Shown: piece by piece, positions 59,376 to 64,000 of the stretch | Position numbering within the stretch: the stretch's first letter is position 1 | How the letters are laid out: each line of letters opens with the position of its first letter | Position numbers and translations under genes: made by a program | Assembly (NCBI RefSeq): GCF_051860505.1 | Contig: NZ_JBHYDX010000020.1 | Location: forward strand, 9,057-73,056 | Source of the DNA: Pannonibacter sp. | GTDB taxonomy: Bacteria > Pseudomonadota > Alphaproteobacteria > Rhizobiales > Stappiaceae | Direction of reading: 5' to 3' | Length of the DNA: 64,000 nt | The notes under the pieces: model-generated | What the model was told of the DNA's origin: nothing | The model's database searches: none | What the model saw: only the letters and a program-made list of their open reading frames with translations

Positions 59376-60523
59376 GCCTTGCGCCAGGTGAGCACCGACG
59401 AGGCGGCGTAGTTCCAGACCGCGCCCATGGCCGCACCGGCCGTGCCGGCCAGCCACCAGACCGGCTCGTTCTCGTAGATCAGATTGGCGACGCCGACATT
59501 GGCCAGCACCCCGACGCTGCACACTGCGTAGAAGGTCAAGAGGCCGCGGAGCATCGCCAGGCCGGTGAGGCGGCGATCCCGATAGGTCAGTTGGTTGTTG
59601 AGCGCGAAATTGGTCGTCATCGCGACAAAGGTCGCCAACGTCTGCGCCACGTTGAAATCAAGCCCCAGCCCGAGCATGGAGCCACGCAGCGCAAACAGAT
59701 GCACCAGCACACCGCTGGCCCCCACCAGCGAGAACATCAGGAAGCGGACCGACACGAGGTCGCCGAAAAATTTAGACACCAGCAAACCCAGGTAATCGAA
59801 CGTCACGAGCGTATCGAGCTTGCTCTCGCCCTCGCGCCGCTCGCGGAAAACAAAGGGAAACTCGACGATGCGCAGGCGGCCTTCGCCGCTCGCCACGATG
59901 TCGAGCAGAATCTTGAAGCCTTGCGCCGAGAGTTTCGGCGCCAGCTCGTCGACGATGGGACGGCGCAGCATGAAGAACCCGCTCATCGGGTCGCTCAGCG
60001 TCACCTTCAGCAGCTTCTGTGCCAGCGCATTGGCAAGGTTGGAGCCGGCCGCGCGGATTTTCGACAAGCCCTCGCCGATGGCACCGCCTTCGGCCTTGCG
60101 GCTTGCCACTGCCAGGTCCACGTCGCCGGCCTTCAGCGCCGCCAGCATCCGTGGCAGCAAGGTTTCGTCATGCTGCAGGTCCGCATCCATCACCGCGACA
60201 AACGGAGCGGAGGAGGACAACATGCCTTCGATGCAGGCGCCCGCCAGACCGCGTCGACCGACCCTGCGGATGACCCGCACGCGCGGATCCGTCGCTGCGA
60301 TCTCACGGGCTGCGGTGGCCGTTCCATCGGGCGAGTTGTCGTCGACAAAAACCACCTCGAAGGCAATCCCCGCAAGAGCCTTCTTCAGCGCATCAACGAT
60401 CAGCGGCACATTGGCGCGCTCGTTGTAGGTGGGCAGCACGACCGTCAGTTCAGGAACCACCATGGATCCGGCCGGGGCCGGGGCAGTTGCCGCGCCGGCC
60501 TGATGCAGGGAACTCACTTCCAT
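59372..60523 (-). CDS. GT2 polyprenyl-phosphate glycosyltransferase (ArnC/DPM1-like) fused to a GtrA-like membrane domain
   Basis: VVLPTYNERANV, VFVDDNSPDGT and MDADLQHD motifs. The C-terminal four TM helices look GtrA-like. Confidence 0.8.
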   Translation of the reverse strand: MEVSSLHQAGAATAPAPAGSMVVPELTVVLPTYNERANVPLIVDALKKALAGIAFEVVFVDDNSPDGTATAAREIAATDPRVRVIRRVGRRGLAGACIEGMLSSSAPFVAVMDADLQHDETLLPRMLAALKAGDVDLAVASRKAEGGAIGEGLSKIRAAGSNLANALAQKLLKVTLSDPMSGFFMLRRPIVDELAPKLSAQGFKILLDIVASGEGRLRIVEFPFVFRERREGESKLDTLVTFDYLGLLVSKFFGDLVSVRFLMFSLVGASGVLVHLFALRGSMLGLGLDFNVAQTLATFVAMTTNFALNNQLTYRDRRLTGLAMLRGLLTFYAVCSVGVLANVGVANLIYENEPVWWLAGTAGAAMGAVWNYAASSVLTWRKA

Positions 60524-60773
60524 GGAGACGGTCCGTTCGTCACGTTGAAAGGCCTCGCCGCCAGGGGGAGGCCACTGGCCAATTGCGCGCGGAACATAGC
60601 CAAAAGGCCGGGTTTTGCAAGCAGAGCCCGTCTGGCCGCGCTTCTGGCCTCCTGTCTGCCGTTCGATCTGGCCGAGCGGCGCATTGTCGCGAAGCCCTGT
60701 TCCTGCTCGCCAGGTCCGCTGGCGACCGGTAGGCTGATATCGTCCGCCGAGTGCAGCAGCAGAAAGCCATTAG

Positions 60774-61235
60774 ATGGAACAAGTCGACATCCGCCCCGCT
60801 GTCCAGCGCGTTCCGCTGCATGGGTCCATCACCCGCGAGCACATCGCCACACTCGTCGACAGCTTCTATCTGCGCATCCAGGCCGATGCTCGCCTTGGCC
60901 CCATCTTCGACGCCCGGATGGCCGGTCACTGGGACGTCCATCTCGACAAGATGAAATTGTTCTGGGCCTCCGTGCTGCTCAAGAGCGGCGAGTACAAGGG
61001 CCGTCCCGTTCCGGCGCACATGCAGATGAAGGGCGAAGTCGAGAGCGACGACTTCCGGCTCTGGCTGGACCTGTTCCGTTCGACGGCGCACCAGGTCTTC
61101 TCCGACCCCGAAGCGGCAACTGTCGTCATCCGTCAGGCGGAGAAGATTGCCACCAGCCTGTGGCTTGCCATGCTGGGCTCGCCCTTCGACCGCCCGCCGG
61201 CCTTCCTGTTCGAAACGGCAGAAACAAGACCGTGA
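60774..61235 (+). CDS. group III truncated haemoglobin
   Basis: 153 aa. LVDSFYLRIQADARLGPIF...HLDKMKLFWASVLLKSGEYKGRP..AH is typical of trHbIII (Ctb-like) globins. Confidence 0.7.
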   Translation: MEQVDIRPAVQRVPLHGSITREHIATLVDSFYLRIQADARLGPIFDARMAGHWDVHLDKMKLFWASVLLKSGEYKGRPVPAHMQMKGEVESDDFRLWLDLFRSTAHQVFSDPEAATVVIRQAEKIATSLWLAMLGSPFDRPPAFLFETAETRP

Positions 61236-61259
61236 GTCGCGCCCCCTGTCTGGCGCGTC

Positions 61260-61871
61260 CTAGCAGGGGGACGAGCAGCAGCTCGGCGGTGCCGCAAGGA
61301 GCTTGGAAAACAGCTCAAGCCGGGCTTCGAGCTGAGCCTGGCTGAAATGCTTCAAGCCGAACAGTTTCAGATACCAGACGCCCTCAACCGCGAGGAAGGC
61401 GAGTTCCGCCAGATCAGGGGTCTCGCTGGTGGCGCGCAGTTCGGCAAGAAGGCGCTCATTGTGCAGGCGCACCGGTTCGAGCAGTCCGGGTTCTTCGGCA
61501 ATGGCAGCCACAAGCCCCATGGGAGCCTGGGTCTCCATGCACAGATCCTGCGAGACGGCGGTGAGATAGGCCCGGATCAGGGCATTGGGCTGCCGGTCCC
61601 GGGTCAGATCGGCGTGGGCAGCGCGGATGGCCTCGGCAAGTTGCGCCAGATGACGGGCGACCATGGCCTGCAGCAATTCGGACTTTGACGGAAAGTGATA
61701 CAGAAGCCCGCCCTTTGACACGCCGGCGCGCTCGGCAACCGCATCCAGCGACAAGCGGCGGGCGCCATCTTCAAACACAACATCCATGGCAGCATCGACC
61801 AGCCGCTCACGGGTCTGTTCCCGATTGCGGGGGATCCGCTTTCCCGATGCCCTGCCTGTTTCGCTCGTCAC
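61260..61871 (-). CDS. TetR/AcrR family transcriptional regulator
   Basis: 203 aa. HTH: LSLDAVAERAGVSKGGLLYHFPSKSELL. Divergent from the efflux operon. Confidence 0.85.
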   Translation of the reverse strand: MTSETGRASGKRIPRNREQTRERLVDAAMDVVFEDGARRLSLDAVAERAGVSKGGLLYHFPSKSELLQAMVARHLAQLAEAIRAAHADLTRDRQPNALIRAYLTAVSQDLCMETQAPMGLVAAIAEEPGLLEPVRLHNERLLAELRATSETPDLAELAFLAVEGVWYLKLFGLKHFSQAQLEARLELFSKLLAAPPSCCSSPC

Positions 61872-62007
61872 GCTCTACCTTGCCTGTTTCCCAGGGACAT
61901 GTCCCGTCCTAGCACCCTGCATCACAGCGCGTTCCCACATCGAAATATGCAGACCGGCAGGTGCAGGCCGGCAATGTTTGCGTACTTCTGATGCGGAACG
62001 ACACTTG

Positions 62008-62031
62008 ACTTTACCGTCCAGACGGTAAAGT
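62008..62031. promoter_or_regulatory. perfect inverted repeat ACTTTACCGTC-CA-GACGGTAAAGT (candidate TetR operator)
   Basis: 11-bp arms overlapping a TTGACT -35-like hexamer. Located between tetR and the MFP/RND genes. Confidence 0.6.
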
Positions 62032-62173
62032 TAGCAAGTCTGGATCGGACCCATATGCGCAGATTCACGTCTGTGTCGTGTCTGTCGTTCCACTCTGTTA
62101 TAAAGATCGCGTGCCCGTCCGGGTGCCCGGTTTGCTCTCTTGCGCGGCGCATTCAGCCGCATGGCCAGGTTCC

Positions 62174-63295
62174 ATGATCATTCGTTTTCTCCTTGCCCTT
62201 CTCGTCGTTGCAGGTCTCGGCTATGGCGCTTTCTGGTTCGTCGGTTTCAAGGACCAGATGATCGCTGCCTATTTTAAGCAGCCGCGGCCGCCGGTGACAG
62301 TTTCCACAGTTGATGTGAAGCCGGAAGAGTGGACACCGGGCATCGAGGCGATCGGTACGGTCAAGGCCCGACAAGGCGTCGAAGTCCCAGCTCGCACATC
62401 GGGGATCGTCAAGTCTGTGCTCTTCACGTCCAACCAGGAGGTGACCAAGGACACGCTCCTGGTGCAACTCGACGACGAGACCGAGCAGGCCGACCTGATC
62501 GCGGCAAAGGCCAATGTCGAACGTGACAGCCAGGCCCTAAAGCGCACCTCGACCCTGACCGATCGCGGCTTCAACTCCACGTCCAACCTCGACAACGCGA
62601 CCGCTGCGCTCGACGCATCGCGCTCGCAGCTCGAGCGCGTGCAGGCCGCCATCAACCAGAAGCAGATCGTGGCGCCCTTCTCCGGCACCATCGGCATTTC
62701 GCGCATCGATGTCGGCCAGTATGTTCCGGCCGGCACGGCCATTGCCACGCTGCAGGACCTCAAGATCATGAAGGTGGACTTCACCGTCCCCGAGCAGCAA
62801 CTCACTGAGGTCAAGATCGGCCAGTCTGTGCAGCTCGGCCTCAACGAAGGAAACTACACGCACACCGGCACGATCACCGGCATCGATCCGAAGATCGATC
62901 CGCAGTCACGCCTGATCTCCCTGCAGGCCGAGGTCGACAACACTGACGGCGCACTCTACCCGGGCCAGTTTGCCTTCGTCCGTGTGGTGCTGCCGACCGA
63001 ACAGGATGTCATTGCCCTGCCGCAGACCGCTGTGGTGCAGAGCCTTTACGGTGCCTATGTCTTCAAGGTCGTCGAGGAAGCAAAAGATGGCGAGGCGACG
63101 GCGAAGCAGCAGATTGTCCGCCAGGTGTTCGTCACGCCAGGTCGCCGGTTCGGTGGCCGGATCGAGGTCAAGACAGGACTGACTGCCGGCGACATCATCG
63201 TCAGCGCCGGCCAGAACAAGCTGACCGTCGGCAATCCGGTCGTGATCGACAACACGGTCAACCCGGCCCCGGCCGAGATGAAGATCGGGGGCTGA
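62174..63295 (+). CDS. RND efflux periplasmic adaptor (membrane fusion protein)
   Basis: Start at the ATG at 62174 (MIIRFLLALLVVAGLGYGAFWF membrane anchor). HlyD_D23-type motifs (QLDDETEQADL, IVAPFSGTIG). Confidence 0.85.
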   Translation: MIIRFLLALLVVAGLGYGAFWFVGFKDQMIAAYFKQPRPPVTVSTVDVKPEEWTPGIEAIGTVKARQGVEVPARTSGIVKSVLFTSNQEVTKDTLLVQLDDETEQADLIAAKANVERDSQALKRTSTLTDRGFNSTSNLDNATAALDASRSQLERVQAAINQKQIVAPFSGTIGISRIDVGQYVPAGTAIATLQDLKIMKVDFTVPEQQLTEVKIGQSVQLGLNEGNYTHTGTITGIDPKIDPQSRLISLQAEVDNTDGALYPGQFAFVRVVLPTEQDVIALPQTAVVQSLYGAYVFKVVEEAKDGEATAKQQIVRQVFVTPGRRFGGRIEVKTGLTAGDIIVSAGQNKLTVGNPVVIDNTVNPAPAEMKIGG

Positions 63296-63299
63296 GACC

Positions 63300-64000
63300 A
63301 TGAATTTCTCCGAGATCTTTATCCGACGGCCCGTGCTGTCGACGGTGGTGAGCCTGCTGATCCTTCTGATGGGCGCGCAGGGCATCCTGAACATGTCGAT
63401 CCGCCAGTACCCGAAGATCGAGGAAACCGTCATCACGGTGAACACGATCTTCGTCGGCGCCAGTTCGGATCTCGTCCAGGGCTTTATCACCACGCCGATT
63501 GCCAAGGCCGTGGCTTCGGCCGAGGGCGTCGACTACGTCTCCTCCTCGAGCACCCTGGGCCTGTCCACCGTGTCAGTGCACATGCAGCTGAACACGGATC
63601 CGGACAAAGCCCTCACCGAGATCATCTCCAAGGTGCAGCAGGTGCGCGGGCAGTTGCCGACGGAAGCGGAAGATCCGGTGATCCAGAAGGGCACCGGCCA
63701 GTCCTTCGCCATCATGTACCTGTCCGTCCTGTCTGACGTCATGTCGCCGCAGGAAATCACCGAGTTCACCTCCCGTGTGATCCAGCCGCAGCTGACCATC
63801 GTCAACGGTGTCGCCGACGCCCAGATCCTTGGCGAGCAGACCTTCGCCATGCGCATCTGGATCGACCCGATCCGGCTCGCCTCGCGCAATGTGACGGCGG
63901 CCGAGGTCCTGGCCGCGATCCAGCAGGCCAACTTCCTGTCGGCACCGGGCAAGACAGAGAACGAGTTTTTCGCCTACCAGATCGAAACCAAGACGACGCT
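63300..64000 (+). CDS. RND (AcrB/MexB family) efflux transporter, N-terminal 233 codons (runs off the window end)
   Basis: Not in the ORF track because it has no in-window stop. Manual translation gives MNFSEIFIRRPVLSTVVSLLILLMGAQGILNMSIRQYPKIEE..., a canonical RND N-terminus. Confidence 0.85.
   Translation, partial: MNFSEIFIRRPVLSTVVSLLILLMGAQGILNMSIRQYPKIEETVITVNTIFVGASSDLVQGFITTPIAKAVASAEGVDYVSSSSTLGLSTVSVHMQLNTDPDKALTEIISKVQQVRGQLPTEAEDPVIQKGTGQSFAIMYLSVLSDVMSPQEITEFTSRVIQPQLTIVNGVADAQILGEQTFAMRIWIDPIRLASRNVTAAEVLAAIQQANFLSAPGKTENEFFAYQIETKTT

Overview
High-GC alphaproteobacterial chromosomal window. Gene content looks Rhizobiales-like: a fused trpE(G), a phoCDET-type phn transporter, and GC-rich palindromic intergenic repeats. 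I call about 60 protein genes. I found no rRNA, tRNA, CRISPR array, transposase or integrase.

Gene order from left to right:
- A 3'-truncated alpha-2-macroglobulin gene. It is missing from the ORF track and was translated by hand.
- An orphan ParA-like ATPase and a lytic transglycosylase.
- A phnCDEE (phoCDET-like) operon with three Pho-box-like repeats upstream.
- A LysR-controlled 10-gene operon: aldehyde dehydrogenase, DHDPS-like enzyme, 3-hydroxyanthranilate dioxygenase, Liv-type ABC importer, NadX-like dehydrogenase and an AFMID-type arylformamidase-like hydrolase.
- An 8-gene aerobic 2-aminobenzoyl-CoA (or salicylyl-CoA) type degradation operon with an embedded MarR gene.
- Directly beside it, a trpL leader (WWW) with attenuator and trpE(G).
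- A divergent pair of cytoplasmic enzymes with no assigned system: an SGNH-type hydrolase and a trypsin-like serine protease.
- Lrp-arginase-ornithine cyclodeaminase.
- Several small regulator and detoxification modules: HxlR-GST-NTF2-4OT, OYE-TetR-LLM, and OhrR-Ohr.
- ilvD, a second lytic transglycosylase, an M16 peptidase pair and slyX.
- A three-gene block with no recognisable function: a DUF1275 protein, a 337-aa orphan and a 102-aa orphan.
- A Crp-family regulator next to a candidate small RNA.
- An LgmABC/ArnC-ArnT-NaxD-like lipid glycosylation operon.
- A group III truncated globin, then a TetR regulator with an RND efflux system that runs off the window end.

Best candidates for something undescribed:
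- the SGNH-hydrolase plus intracellular trypsin-like protease pair (33.5-35.7 kb);
- the orphan block at 52.9-55.4 kb;
- the Crp-site-driven sRNA candidate at 56.8 kb;
- the twin 12-bp palindromes between the anthranilate-type degradation operon and trpL-trpE(G).

Coordinate accuracy: CDS coordinates derive from the ORF track, with starts re-picked by arithmetic on the supplied translations. Short-motif coordinates were counted by hand and may be off by 1-2 nt.
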